From: Patescibacteria group bacterium
Lineage (GTDB): Bacteria; Patescibacteriota; JACPGU01
Direction of reading: 5' to 3'
Assembly (NCBI GenBank): GCA_041675145.1
Contig: JBAYUK010000002.1
Span: 152,530-216,529 of the forward strand
Length of the DNA stretch: 64,000 nucleotides
Positions within the stretch are counted from its first letter, which is position 1, and the number at the start of each line of letters is the position of its first letter. Position numbers and translations under genes: made by a program. Below are positions 1-10,212 of this stretch, one piece after another. The notes beneath the pieces are model-generated. The model was given only the letters and a program-made list of their open reading frames with translations, did not search any database and was not told where the DNA came from.

Positions 1-34
1 GATTCAATTCAGATACGCTAAAACAATAAATTAG

Positions 35-598
35 ATGAAAAAAATATTTGCTACACAAGGAGAAGATGAAGAAGTACGGGTTGTTTTAAATAAGCATGTT
101 TTTGTATTGTTGAAAGAGATATGGCTTCCTATTGTGCTGTGCCTTACGGCATTTTGTGGGATGCTCTTCTATTTCTATGTTCCATACTTCTTTCTTGTAT
201 CGTTTGCGTGTTTTGTTTTATTTCTTACATGGATCTTCTACGGTTATTTTGTGTGGAGTAGGGATCGCTTTATTATTACCAATAGAAGGATAATAGACTT
301 TGAACAGAGTGGTCTTTTTAGAACCTCACAGAAGGAAGCTGGGTATGACAAAATTCAGGATGTAACCGTTGATATAAAGAATATATTTGGTAGTTTGTTT
401 AACTTCGGGTCTGTCAGTATTAGTACTGCCAGTAATACGACACTAGTACTAGCTGATATAAAGAAACCGGTAGAAGTTCAGAAGATTATTTTCTCTCTTA
501 TGCAGGAATACGCGAGTCAGAATAATGGCGGTATAGATGAGAAGATGGTTCGTGAACTCTTGGCATTACTTAAAAAAACAAATAACACACCGGAATAG
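35..598 (+). CDS. Membrane protein with bacterial PH (bPH_2-like) domain
   Basis: Two N-terminal TM segments, then 'FIITNRRII...GLF...YDKIQDVTV...FNFGSVSISTA', typical of bPH_2. Confidence 0.7.
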   Translation: MKKIFATQGEDEEVRVVLNKHVFVLLKEIWLPIVLCLTAFCGMLFYFYVPYFFLVSFACFVLFLTWIFYGYFVWSRDRFIITNRRIIDFEQSGLFRTSQKEAGYDKIQDVTVDIKNIFGSLFNFGSVSISTASNTTLVLADIKKPVEVQKIIFSLMQEYASQNNGGIDEKMVRELLALLKKTNNTPE

Positions 599-630
599 TG
601 TGTTATTTGAAGAGAGTCCGTATGTTCTAA

Positions 631-906
631 TTAGACCGTAACGTTGACTACCTTTATCTCTTTAGTAGCTCCTGTAAAGTTTTTTATGGTCTTGTCGGTG
701 AACTGTACAGTACCCTTCACGGTAGAGTAGATAGTGTAGTCCTTACCAATGCGTACATTTACTCCAGGACGATACGCTACACCTCTTTGGCGTACAATAA
801 TACTACCTGGCTGAACGGCTTGGTTACCGTACACTTTTATACCTAGGCGTTTGGCGATACTATCTCTATTCTTTTTGGCGCTTCCCAGCGCCTTTTTGGT
901 TGCCAT
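631..906 (-). CDS. rpmA: 50S ribosomal protein L27
   Basis: MATKKALGSAKKNRDSIAKRLGIK...GSIIVRQRG signature. Confidence 0.97.
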   Translation of the reverse strand: MATKKALGSAKKNRDSIAKRLGIKVYGNQAVQPGSIIVRQRGVAYRPGVNVRIGKDYTIYSTVKGTVQFTDKTIKNFTGATKEIKVVNVTV

Positions 907-933
907 ACACTAACCTCCAGTCTATAAAACGCG

Positions 934-2184
934 TTATGCGTTATCTTTTGTTATGATTATGATCTCACGGCCAACTACTTGATCCTCGCGTCGGTACAAA
1001 ATACTTTCGCGATTCTTTATGTATTCTCGTAGTTTCTGGTCGGGAGAGGTTATTAAAAGCCCTTTGAAAGGACTCCTGATAGTATAGCCGAGTTTACGAA
1101 TTTCGTCAAGAATAGGCAAAAAATATGATTTTCCAGCGACAGTGTAAAACGGTACAGCCATCACAAAACCTGCGATGTGGCTGGTGTTGCTCGCTATGTT
1201 TTTGAGGAAACGAATAAAGAGATCTGTTTGATTTTTCACTTCCTGTTCGACAATACCAAGTGGTGGCTCTTTATAAAAAGCCTGGCCTAAGTACATCTCA
1301 CTTACTATCCAGGTAGGCTTCTTGTTCTGAAATTCCAAGCTGATGTTTGTAGCGTCTCCTTGCAGTGCCTCGTGAATGTTCTTTTGGTCTATATCAAAAT
1401 GTTTCGAGAGGAAGGTAATATTCTTATTCGCCATATCACAGGCTTCTTGAGAAAGGTCTGAGCCATAAATTACTTTGTTTTGTATTAGTGCTTCTCCCAG
1501 TACTGTTCCGGTACCACAAAACGGGTCGTAGATCTGGGTATATTTTTCAGGAATCAGGCCGAGCATAATCTGAGCAAGCTTAGGAGGGAGCATTCCCGAC
1601 TTGGCGTCTCGTTCTGGCTTGTCGTAGTCACGCAAGCTATAGCGCTCAAAATCTTGAATGGCCTCAGTTTCTCCAAGTGCTATATTCCCAGAGTCGTTGA
1701 TGATACATATCTCAGCTCCTTTGGTAATGAGTTTATTGTGGTGAATTTCGGCCGAGCTTAGTTTATTGTCTTTTTGGGCAATAACGAGGCGTACTGAGTA
1801 CTTTTCTTTAATTACCTTTTTAATTTCAAAAGCGAGCTTTTGTTTGCGCTGTGATGAGATATGAGGGCAGTTATACCACGACATACCAAACACATACTTT
1901 CCGTCAGACTTTACGCCTTCACCATAGTGCAATAAACCATCCATCAGGTTCTTTTCTGTAAAGCTATCTACAATGCGAATGATTTTTATGGTTCCCCCTA
2001 GTTGCTCCATAATTTTTGAAGCATTAGGGATAGGTACGCTAACCTTGATTATTGCGTACTCTCTTGTTATGCTGGGAGCAACAAAAGAAATGCCGTTCCT
2101 GTAAAGGGTGGCAGAAATCTCAGCAAGAGCAAGTGCGCTGTTCTTGCCTAAAATAAAACAGTACTGTGTTTCAGGGTTTACCAT
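934..2184 (-). CDS. TRM11/TrmG10-like SAM-dependent (RNA) methyltransferase
   Basis: GMLPPKLAQIM and DPFCGTGT motifs after an N-terminal THUMP-like region. Confidence 0.75.
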   Translation of the reverse strand: MVNPETQYCFILGKNSALALAEISATLYRNGISFVAPSITREYAIIKVSVPIPNASKIMEQLGGTIKIIRIVDSFTEKNLMDGLLHYGEGVKSDGKYVFGMSWYNCPHISSQRKQKLAFEIKKVIKEKYSVRLVIAQKDNKLSSAEIHHNKLITKGAEICIINDSGNIALGETEAIQDFERYSLRDYDKPERDAKSGMLPPKLAQIMLGLIPEKYTQIYDPFCGTGTVLGEALIQNKVIYGSDLSQEACDMANKNITFLSKHFDIDQKNIHEALQGDATNISLEFQNKKPTWIVSEMYLGQAFYKEPPLGIVEQEVKNQTDLFIRFLKNIASNTSHIAGFVMAVPFYTVAGKSYFLPILDEIRKLGYTIRSPFKGLLITSPDQKLREYIKNRESILYRREDQVVGREIIIITKDNA

Positions 2185-2205
2185 ATAGATTGATAGGATT
2201 TAACT

Positions 2206-5200
2206 ATGACAGAAGAGGAAGCTTCAAACAACCAGGAAACGGTCGTGGATTTTGTTCACCTCCATAATCACACCCATTATAGCCTGCTTGATGGGTTACA
2301 GAAAATACCCACTCTTATTGACCATGTGGTTGCCCTTGGTCAGAAGGCAGTAGCTATTACTGATCACGGTACTCTTTCTGGTGCTATTGAGTTTTATAAG
2401 GTATGTAAGAAAAAGGGCGTGAAGCCAATTATTGGTATTGAGACCTATGTTGCTCCCAGACTCCATACAGATAAATCGTCTCAGGAAGATCGTACTCCGT
2501 TTCACCTCATACTTCTTGCAAAGAACTTTAAAGGGTACCAGAATCTGATGCGCCTTTCAACGACCGCTTGCTTGGATGGCTTTTATTACAAACCGAGAAT
2601 TGACCATGCACTACTTGAGCAGTATCACGAGGGACTCATTTGTCTTTCAGGGTGCGTAGGAGGAGAGCTTGGTACGCATATCCAAAATGGCAATATGGAG
2701 CGCGCACTTGAGATTGCTCAGTGGTACAAAAATTTATTTGGAAAAGAAAACTACTACTTAGAGATGCAACCCCACATAGAGTGGGAGCCACAACGGATAG
2801 TAAATGCAGGGTTACGTGAGATTGCAAAGACGCTCGATCTCGATCTTGTGATTACCGGAGATGCTCACTACACCAAAGCAGAGGATCATTACCCTCATGA
2901 TATCTTACTGTGTGTGCAAACCGGTAATATTATTACCGATGAGAATAGAATGAAGTTGGATCAAGATCTATCAGTTAGATCTGGAGCTTATCTTCTTGAA
3001 AGATTTCCTGATGACGCGCAGGCAATTGCTAATACGGTAAAGGTTGCAAGTCTGTGTGACCTAGAAATTGAGCTTGGAAAAATACTTATTCCAACATTTG
3101 AAGTCCCAGAAGGAGAAACAGAGAAGAGTTATCTCAGAAAAATGGTGTTTCACGGTGCAGGGTGGCGCTACGGAGGACTCAAAAGACATGAGTCAGAAGA
3201 GAAAACAGTTGAAGAGATAATGCCGTTACTACCAGAGCATGTGTTGACCCGTATAGAGTACGAACTAGAAGTAGTGGGTAAGATGGGGTACGAAGGATAT
3301 TTCTTAATCGTAGCTGATCTTATTTCATGGAGTAAGAAAAACGGAATTATCTGTGGTCCTGGTCGCGGGAGTGCAGCAGGGTCAATTGTTGCGTACTGTA
3401 CGACCATAACCGAACTCGATCCATTGCCGTACGGACTGCTCTTTGAGCGTTTTCTAAATCCGGATCGTATCTCGATGCCGGATATTGATATGGACTATGC
3501 TGATGATAGACGAGGAGAGGTTATTGAATATGCCACTCAGAAATACGGACAAGATCGTGTAGCTCAGATTATTACATTTGGTGTGATGGCAGCACGAAAC
3601 GCAGTTCGTGATACGGGTAGAGTACTGGGTATGCCATATGCTGAAGTGGATGCAATTGCAAAACTAATTCCTGCCCCTGTTCAGGGAAGGCATGTACCAC
3701 TCTCTAAGTCTATTGTTGAAGACCCAGAACTAAAGAAAGAATACGATAATAATTCTCGTGCAAAAGAGCTCATAGATATTGCAATGAAGCTCGAAGGCAC
3801 TATCAGGAACGCGGGAGTACATGCGGCTGGAGTAGTGATCTCCAAAGATCCGATTGTTGAACATACCCCGCTGGTGCGCGCACAAAAGGGAGTAATCTCC
3901 ACGCAGTATTCAATGGGACCAATAGAAGACCTTGGACTTTTGAAGTTTGACTTTTTAGGTCTGGCCAACCTTACTATCATAAAAAATACTTTAAGAATTA
4001 TGCGGCGTGCCTACAGCATTGATTTAGATATGAACGATATTCCTATCGATGATGTGGCTACCTACGAGTTACTCACTCGTGGCGATACGACTGGAGTATT
4101 CCAGCTGGAATCAGCTGGTATGAAACGCTACATTAAGGAGCTGAGGCCAAACCGGTTTGAAGATATCGTTGCGATGGTAGCTCTGTACCGTCCAGGTCCT
4201 ATGCAGTGGATTGATGACTTTATTAAAAGAAAGCATAACCCAGAGCTTATTACCTACGAGCATCCAAAAATGGAAGAGGCTCTCAAAAATACCTATGGGA
4301 TTATTGTGTACCAAGAACAGGTGATGCAAATCTCCAAAGATCTATGTGGTTTTACCGGTGGCCAAGCAGATACACTGCGTAAGGCAATTGGAAAGAAGCA
4401 GTTAGAGACACTTGCTAAGATGAAAAAAGAATTCGTAGATGGTGCTATCGAGCATAGTGGTGCGAAACCAGAGTTTTTGGAGTCACTATGGAAAAGTCTC
4501 GAAGACTTTGCAGCCTATTGTTTTAACAAGTCGCACGCCGCATGTTACGCCCTTATTTCTGTACAGACTGCATATCTAAAAGCCCACTATCCTGATGCGT
4601 TTATGGCGGCTCTTCTAACATCAGATAAAGATGATCTCGACCGTATCGCAATTGAAATAGATGAGTGTCGCAGTATGGGGCTCTTAGTAGTAGCGCCAGA
4701 CGTGAACGAAAGTTTCATGGATTTTGCGGTTGTGCCGAACGAGAAGAAAATTCGTTATGCACTCTCTGCTATTAAAAATGTTGGAGAAGGACCTATTACG
4801 GTTATTGAAGAAGCTCGTAAGAACGGTGGCGTCTTTACTTCTTTAGAGGACTTTTTATCCCGTACTGCTAGTGGTGAGATAAATAAAAAGTCTCTAGAAA
4901 GTCTAGTCAAAGCGGGAGCCTTGGATGAGTTTGGTGAACGAGCTACACTTATTGCTTCGATGGATAACATGCTCGCTTTTGCCAACCAAATTCGTAAAAA
5001 CGAACATAGCGGCCAGATAGATATTTTTGGAAGTTTAGCGGGTACGGATAAAGTCCAGACACTTCATATGGTGGTAGTTGAACCAGCTTCTTCGAAACAA
5101 AAACTAGATTGGGAACGAGAATTAGTAGGAGTCTATGTTAGTGGTCATCCACTCGACTCATACAAGGACATTCTACTCGGTTCTGGGCTCAAGCCTATTA

Positions 5201-5742
5201 TTGAGGTTGGAGTAGGCGGTGAGGAAGGCAAGGAAGTGAGAGTGGCTGGTGTGATATCGAGTATCCAGAAGATTTACACCAAGAAAAATGAAGCGATGCT
5301 TTTTGTTAAAATAGAAGACCTCACTGGAATAATTGAAGTGTTAGTATTCCCTAAAAAACTCGCTGCAGATGTGAACTTCTGGGTAGACGGAAAAGTGGTA
5401 GCTGTACGAGGGAAGTTGTCTCTCAAAGATGGTGCAGCGAAGATATTGCTTGAGGAAGCGAAGGAGCTAAAGATAGGGAAGAAGATGGAGGATGAACGGG
5501 TAGTAGTAACAGGCCAGATAGTAATTCACTGCCATCCAGGTACGGACAAGACGATGTTGGAGCGTTTAAAGCACGCTCTCATCAGGCATGACGGAGGTGC
5601 GTACGATGTCTTCTTGGTTCTTGCAACTTCGTCCGGTGAGCAGAAAATAAAGACCAACCTTGCTGTCATGGATGATGATGCTATGCGGTTAGATGTACGG
5701 TCTGCATTAGGCTACGAGCCTGAGTTTGAGGTGCTAAACTAG
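2206..5742 (+). CDS. dnaE: DNA polymerase III alpha subunit
   Basis: PHP HLHNHTHYSLLDG, GPGRGSAAGS, RISMPDIDMD, FNKSHA, C-terminal OB fold. Confidence 0.98.
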   Translation: MTEEEASNNQETVVDFVHLHNHTHYSLLDGLQKIPTLIDHVVALGQKAVAITDHGTLSGAIEFYKVCKKKGVKPIIGIETYVAPRLHTDKSSQEDRTPFHLILLAKNFKGYQNLMRLSTTACLDGFYYKPRIDHALLEQYHEGLICLSGCVGGELGTHIQNGNMERALEIAQWYKNLFGKENYYLEMQPHIEWEPQRIVNAGLREIAKTLDLDLVITGDAHYTKAEDHYPHDILLCVQTGNIITDENRMKLDQDLSVRSGAYLLERFPDDAQAIANTVKVASLCDLEIELGKILIPTFEVPEGETEKSYLRKMVFHGAGWRYGGLKRHESEEKTVEEIMPLLPEHVLTRIEYELEVVGKMGYEGYFLIVADLISWSKKNGIICGPGRGSAAGSIVAYCTTITELDPLPYGLLFERFLNPDRISMPDIDMDYADDRRGEVIEYATQKYGQDRVAQIITFGVMAARNAVRDTGRVLGMPYAEVDAIAKLIPAPVQGRHVPLSKSIVEDPELKKEYDNNSRAKELIDIAMKLEGTIRNAGVHAAGVVISKDPIVEHTPLVRAQKGVISTQYSMGPIEDLGLLKFDFLGLANLTIIKNTLRIMRRAYSIDLDMNDIPIDDVATYELLTRGDTTGVFQLESAGMKRYIKELRPNRFEDIVAMVALYRPGPMQWIDDFIKRKHNPELITYEHPKMEEALKNTYGIIVYQEQVMQISKDLCGFTGGQADTLRKAIGKKQLETLAKMKKEFVDGAIEHSGAKPEFLESLWKSLEDFAAYCFNKSHAACYALISVQTAYLKAHYPDAFMAALLTSDKDDLDRIAIEIDECRSMGLLVVAPDVNESFMDFAVVPNEKKIRYALSAIKNVGEGPITVIEEARKNGGVFTSLEDFLSRTASGEINKKSLESLVKAGALDEFGERATLIASMDNMLAFANQIRKNEHSGQIDIFGSLAGTDKVQTLHMVVVEPASSKQKLDWERELVGVYVSGHPLDSYKDILLGSGLKPIIEVGVGGEEGKEVRVAGVISSIQKIYTKKNEAMLFVKIEDLTGIIEVLVFPKKLAADVNFWVDGKVVAVRGKLSLKDGAAKILLEEAKELKIGKKMEDERVVVTGQIVIHCHPGTDKTMLERLKHALIRHDGGAYDVFLVLATSSGEQKIKTNLAVMDDDAMRLDVRSALGYEPEFEVLN

Positions 5743-5827
5743 CAAGAGAGGGGTGAAGCTTGTCACAGGGGTAAAAATGTGATATACTTCCTGTTAAACG
5801 CTTATTAGATCAACGGAGTATCTCGTT

Positions 5828-6322
5828 ATGAACGCAATAATTGACCGAATTTCAAAGCAGTATCTCAAGAAGGTTCTTCCAGATGTTACCACTGGAGATA
5901 TTGTTCGTGTAGCACAGAAAATCCAAGAAGGTGGTAAGACTCGAAGCCAGGTGTTTGAAGGTATTGTTATTGAACGATCTGGTGGAGTAGGTATTGCCTC
6001 TTCTATTACAGTACGAAAGGTATCTAACGGAGTAGGGGTTGAAAAGAAGTATCTTCTCAATTCACCAACAATTGAAAAAATTACCGTTCTTCGCAGTTCT
6101 AAGGTTCGTCGTAAGAAGATCTTCTTCTTGCGTAACCTTTCTGGTAAGGCAACAAAGCTTAAGGAGCGTAAGCGTATGGTAGCGCTTGGCCTTGAACCAG
6201 ATGCTATGGTAGCTCCTAACGAAGATGATATGGAGCTTGCTCAACCAGAAGTGGCTGAAGAGGTATCTGAAGTAGTGGAAACACCAACAAGTGAAGAAAC
6301 TAATGAAACACCAGAAGCGTAA
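5828..6322 (+). CDS. rplS: 50S ribosomal protein L19 with acidic C-terminal tail
   Basis: GDIVRV...EGGKTRSQVFEGIVI...TVRKVSNGVGVEK...KVRRKKIFFLR. Confidence 0.96.
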   Translation: MNAIIDRISKQYLKKVLPDVTTGDIVRVAQKIQEGGKTRSQVFEGIVIERSGGVGIASSITVRKVSNGVGVEKKYLLNSPTIEKITVLRSSKVRRKKIFFLRNLSGKATKLKERKRMVALGLEPDAMVAPNEDDMELAQPEVAEEVSEVVETPTSEETNETPEA

Positions 6323-6941
6323 AAAAGTACTCTACCCGAATGGGAAGATAGAAAAAGCCCTCTTTAATCAGGGCTTTTCTTATGTCTCAGGTGTCGATGA
6401 AGTAGGGCGTGGGGCACTAGCAGGTCCAATGGTGGCGTGTGCTGTCACAGCTAATAGCAAACAAGTTCAGCTACTTAAGAAGCTGAAGGTACGAGACTCA
6501 AAGATGGTAGCTGAGGATAAGCGTGAGGAGTTATATGATAAGTTACTTGCTGTATTGAACGGTGGTTATAGTATTTCATCTATATCTTCTAGTGATATAG
6601 ATACTAAGGGTTTGTCATATGCTAATAACTTCGTGCTAGAGCAGGCGATTTTAACGCTAAAAGATACTCCAGAATATGTACTAGTAGATGGCTTTTATAT
6701 TAATAGTATTAATATAAAACAGGAAAAGATTATACATGGAGACGAGATGAGCGTTGTGATCGCTACCGCAAGTGTTATTGCGAAAGTTACTCGTGACCGA
6801 TTGATGCGGGAACTAGCAAAAGAGTACCCGCAGTACGGCTTTGAACTTCATAAAGGATATGGTACTGCAAAGCACTTGGATGCAATCTCTCGTCATGGAT
6901 ATTCTCCTCATCACAGGAAGAGCTTCAAAGTAAGTATATAG
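6291..6941 (+). CDS. rnhB: Ribonuclease HII
   Basis: GVDEVGRGALAGP, DSK, ASVIAKVTRD, HKGYGT; true start may be the ATG at 6303. Confidence 0.95.
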   Translation: MKKLMKHQKRKKVLYPNGKIEKALFNQGFSYVSGVDEVGRGALAGPMVACAVTANSKQVQLLKKLKVRDSKMVAEDKREELYDKLLAVLNGGYSISSISSSDIDTKGLSYANNFVLEQAILTLKDTPEYVLVDGFYINSINIKQEKIIHGDEMSVVIATASVIAKVTRDRLMRELAKEYPQYGFELHKGYGTAKHLDAISRHGYSPHHRKSFKVSI

Positions 6942-6959
6942 GTATGTTATAATCTTTCT

Positions 6960-8429
6960 ATGACAAGAACACGTTTCGCTCCAAGTCCAACTGGATATAT
7001 GCATATAGGTAGTCTCAGGACTGCTCTTTTTGCGTACCTATATGCAAAGAAGAATAACGGCCACTTTATTGTGCGTATTGAAGATACGGACCGTGAGCGA
7101 TTCGTTCCTGATGCTGAAGAGAGAATTCTTGAATCTCTTAAGTGGGCAGGTATTACTCCAGATAATGCGACCTACTTTATCTCACCTGAAGAATACTCAC
7201 TAGATAGTCATGGACCATATGTGCAGTCGAGGAGACTGGATATATACAAAACATATACCAAGCAGCTGATTGATTCAGGACACGCCTACTACGCGTTTGA
7301 TACCTCAGAGGAGCTTGATGCTATGCGTAAAAAGCAGGAAGCAGAAAAGAAAGCTCCTCGTTACGACAGAAACGCTATGCGTAACCAAATGACACTAGAG
7401 GAAGAAGAGACTACAGCGCTCATTGCTTCAGGAACTCCCCATACTATTCGCCTTAAAGTCCCTGAGAACGAGGTAGTTGCTTTCCAGGATGTAATTCGTG
7501 GAGAAGTGTCATTTAAAACATCTGAGATAGATGACCAGATCTTGATGAAGTCAGATGGATACCCAACCTACCACTTAGCGGTGGTGGTAGATGACCACCT
7601 CATGGAAATTACCCATGTAATTCGTGGGGAAGAGTGGTTGCCCTCTACACCAAAGCATATCTTGCTCTACCAAGCATTCGGTTGGGAGGCACCGTTCTAT
7701 GCTCACCTGCCACTTCTTGTTAATGAACAAAAACAAAAACTCTCAAAGCGAGAAGGGGATGTTTCAGTAGAAGACTTCAAAGATAAGGGCTATCTGCCAG
7801 AGGCTCTTGTCAATTTCATAGCTCTACTTGGATGGAATCCGGGCGACGAGCGTGAGTTCTTTAATCTTGGACAACTAGTTCAGGAATTCTCGCTGGAGCG
7901 TGTCCATAAAGCGCCAGCAGTTTTTGACATCAAAAAGCTTAACTCTATAAACTCACACTATATTCGCCAGATCGAGGTACTCGATCTCGTTGAAATGGTG
8001 AAGCCGTTCTCAAAACTTACTGTCTCTCCTGATGTGATGCTTAAAATTACCCTCGTACTGCGAGACAGATTAACTCATCTTGCCGAGTTTGACGCCCTCG
8101 CACAAGGCTTCTTAACTGTTCAAGAATACAGCTCAGAACTCTTGCAGTTTCCAAAGAGTACAAATGAGCATACCGTGCTTGGTTTGACAAAAGCGCTTGA
8201 AATACTGCAAAATAGTGAGACTGGTATATGGGATGACCAGGAGATGCTCACAGAAACACTTGGAAGTGTTGTGCATGAATTAGGGCTCAAGAACGGTGAT
8301 GTATTCTGGCCAGTGCGTGTTGCGCTCTCAGGACAAGAGAAGTCTGCCTCTCCGGTAGAGTTCCTCTGGGTGCTAGGAAAAGAGGAAAGTATAAAGCGTA
8401 TTGAGAAAGCTGTATCTTACCTGAAATAA
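6960..8429 (+). CDS. gltX: Glutamyl-tRNA synthetase
   Basis: RTRFAPSPTG, HIGS, RIEDTD, KLSKR. Confidence 0.97.
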   Translation: MTRTRFAPSPTGYMHIGSLRTALFAYLYAKKNNGHFIVRIEDTDRERFVPDAEERILESLKWAGITPDNATYFISPEEYSLDSHGPYVQSRRLDIYKTYTKQLIDSGHAYYAFDTSEELDAMRKKQEAEKKAPRYDRNAMRNQMTLEEEETTALIASGTPHTIRLKVPENEVVAFQDVIRGEVSFKTSEIDDQILMKSDGYPTYHLAVVVDDHLMEITHVIRGEEWLPSTPKHILLYQAFGWEAPFYAHLPLLVNEQKQKLSKREGDVSVEDFKDKGYLPEALVNFIALLGWNPGDEREFFNLGQLVQEFSLERVHKAPAVFDIKKLNSINSHYIRQIEVLDLVEMVKPFSKLTVSPDVMLKITLVLRDRLTHLAEFDALAQGFLTVQEYSSELLQFPKSTNEHTVLGLTKALEILQNSETGIWDDQEMLTETLGSVVHELGLKNGDVFWPVRVALSGQEKSASPVEFLWVLGKEESIKRIEKAVSYLK

Positions 8430-8435
8430 CTATAT

Positions 8436-8506
8436 TGCGGGATCGTCTAGTGGTAGGACATCGCCCTCTGGAGGCGAGTACCTTGGTTCGAATCCAAGTC
8501 CCGCAG
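8436..8506 (+). tRNA. tRNA-Gln (anticodon CTG), no encoded CCA; anchor of the island
   Basis: Acceptor TGCGGGA/TCCCGCA, anticodon arm TCGCC-CTCTGGA-GGCGA, T-arm GGTTCGAATCC. Confidence 0.95.
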
Positions 8507-8610
8507 TTCTCTAGGGCACCCGACCGAGAGGGGTCAGGAGCCCTACTAGGCTACAGAAGCATTCTGAACTCTAGATAAGAAAAGTCACACATTTTAGGTG
8601 TGACTTTTCT
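8507..8610 (+). repeat. Junction repeat, 3' half only, fused to the tRNA 3' end
   Basis: AGGGCACCCGACCGAGAGGGGTCAGGAGCCCTACTAGGCTACAGA is identical to the copy after 28390; ends in hairpin AGAAAAGTCACAC/GTGTGACTTTTCT. Confidence 0.9.
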
Positions 8611-8697
8611 GTATATTTAAAAAGAGACTTCATAAGAGTCTATATGGTAAGTAATGTTTTCAATTGCCATCAAGGCAGGTGAATGTTGTGGTAGTAT

Positions 8698-8726
8698 TTG
8701 TAATAGTCTAATAAGTATGTTATAGT
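8698..8726 (+). promoter_or_regulatory. Sigma70 promoter of the leader peptide
   Basis: TTGTAA-17 nt-TATAGT with extended TG; ATG 6 nt downstream. Confidence 0.7.
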
Positions 8727-8732
8727 AACTGT

Positions 8733-8807
8733 ATGAATAGAGCTATTCAAAACACTATGATGATGAAAATGACTAACCCATTAATGAGGGCTTGTTTTCT
8801 TGTCTAA
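8733..8807 (+). CDS. Met-rich leader peptide (24 aa, MNRAIQNTMMMKMTNPLMRACFLV)
   Basis: Translated by hand: 6 of 24 codons are Met; overlaps the antiterminator strand. Confidence 0.75.
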   Translation: MNRAIQNTMMMKMTNPLMRACFLV

Positions 8808-8858
8808 TTGTTTACATAGATAACCAAAGAAAACAGCCCTCTCACGGGGCTGTTTTTT
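8786..8858 (+). promoter_or_regulatory. Attenuator with mutually exclusive antiterminator and terminator
   Basis: GAGGGCTTGTTTTCTT (8786-8801) pairs with AAGAAAACAGCCCTC (8827-8841); the alternative is terminator AAAACAGCCCT-ctcac-GGGGCTGTTTT plus T run. Confidence 0.8.
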
Positions 8859-8884
8859 AATTATAATAGTAAATAACTAAAAGT

Positions 8885-9664
8885 ATGAATATAACAATCA
8901 TAAACGATTGCCGGGATGCAAACGCTGTGGGCAGGCAGACAGCGAGAGTGGCTACACTTACAGGTTTCCCAGTCTCCTTTATTGGTGTTAAAAGTGATCT
9001 TGAGGCTGCAGGAAACCTTATTGATATTATAGATGCTCTCGAGGAAAGTACCGGAGCTATTCTCGTCAATGTTGCCCCCAGGAATGGCAAAGCCAAGAAG
9101 TGGAAAAATGGAACACCTTTTGGCTACTTTCGATACAAGAATATTCTTGTACTAACGAGTATAGACGGTTTTACGCTTTCTCTAGTAAAAAAGCTTAAGC
9201 TCATTGAGTCTATAACTATTCTTGATATACCAAAGGCACTGGATCAAATGATCTCAGGAGGGGTATTATCGAAGGAAATCAAGGATTTAGTTACGAGGAC
9301 GCAATTTAGAAGTTACGACTTCCTACCTCGTGTAGCTACCTACTTACTTAGTGGTAAAAACTTAGAAGGTGCTAAAATGAGCATAAAAGATGTACCGGAT
9401 GCACCAGCAGTAGTGTGGTGGGTTGATAACTTTGGAAATTGCAAAACGACTTTTCTAAATGAGGATAGAAAAGATGGTATTAGTTTTTACTCCAAATTTA
9501 GTAATCTGCCCTATTTTGAGAGATTAAAGGATGTTCCTGATGATACTGCTTCAATAGTTTCAGGAAGTTCTGGGATTGGAAAAAAACGTTTTCTAGAAAT
9601 TATTATTCAGGGCAAAAGTGCAGCAAATGAGTTTAATGTCTTCACTGGAGATGCCGTTGCCTAG
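8885..9664 (+). CDS. SAM hydrolase / SAM-dependent halogenase family (DUF62-like)
   Basis: VNVAPR, TQFRSYD, VDNFGNCKTT, GSSG...LEI...SAA resemble DUF62 conserved blocks. Confidence 0.7.
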   Translation: MNITIINDCRDANAVGRQTARVATLTGFPVSFIGVKSDLEAAGNLIDIIDALEESTGAILVNVAPRNGKAKKWKNGTPFGYFRYKNILVLTSIDGFTLSLVKKLKLIESITILDIPKALDQMISGGVLSKEIKDLVTRTQFRSYDFLPRVATYLLSGKNLEGAKMSIKDVPDAPAVVWWVDNFGNCKTTFLNEDRKDGISFYSKFSNLPYFERLKDVPDDTASIVSGSSGIGKKRFLEIIIQGKSAANEFNVFTGDAVA

Positions 9665-9687
9665 ATACATATCCTCAAAATCTTATA

Positions 9688-10074
9688 GTGTTACAGACAG
9701 GAAGATTCAATTATAATAATACTAAATATTCTACTATGACAAATGTAAAATTAATTAAGTTTAGATTCAAGCCAGGTGCAAAGCGCATTTGGATTAATTG
9801 GTCTGAAGAGCTCAAGCATAGAAATAGCGAGGTAGTAGAGACTCTCAAGAATGAAGGTGTTATTTCTGAATCTTGTTTTATTTCGGAAGATGGTGAGTCA
9901 ATATACTATTTTATGGAAGCAGAAGACTTCGAAAAAACTCGTAAGGCTGTTGCGAATAGCATCTACTTGATAGATGCTGATCATAAGAAAGCTCGGGAGA
10001 GTAGCTTAGAATTTGTCGCAAAACTAGAATGTCTTTTTCATTTTGAGAACCGAACATCACACTTCAATTCTTAA
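9688..10074 (+). CDS. Small hypothetical protein (DUF6176-like); probable start ATG 9736
   Basis: 'EVVETLKNEGVISESCF...YYFMEAED...IDADHKK' pattern. Confidence 0.5.
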   Translation: MLQTGRFNYNNTKYSTMTNVKLIKFRFKPGAKRIWINWSEELKHRNSEVVETLKNEGVISESCFISEDGESIYYFMEAEDFEKTRKAVANSIYLIDADHKKARESSLEFVAKLECLFHFENRTSHFNS

Positions 10075-10212
10075 ATTCTGATTTTCTAGCACTAGCTTGC
10101 CCCTCAAGTGCATCAATAGTTCTCGCTTCTCAATAACTGGTCCATCTCGTAGGGCGTACTTCGCGTAGTCTCGAATATTTATATCGGGACCTATTTTCTT
10201 CTTTTCACTGTC
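10057..10212 (-). pseudogene. C-terminal remnant of a large serine recombinase
   Basis: Minus-strand DSEKKKIGPDINIRDYAKYALRDGPVIEKRELLMHLRGKLVLENQNLRIEV* aligns with ...EIDIKNYAKYILKEGMLAEKRELLKNFKNKIILEDEILRIS* of 19239-20567. Confidence 0.88.
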
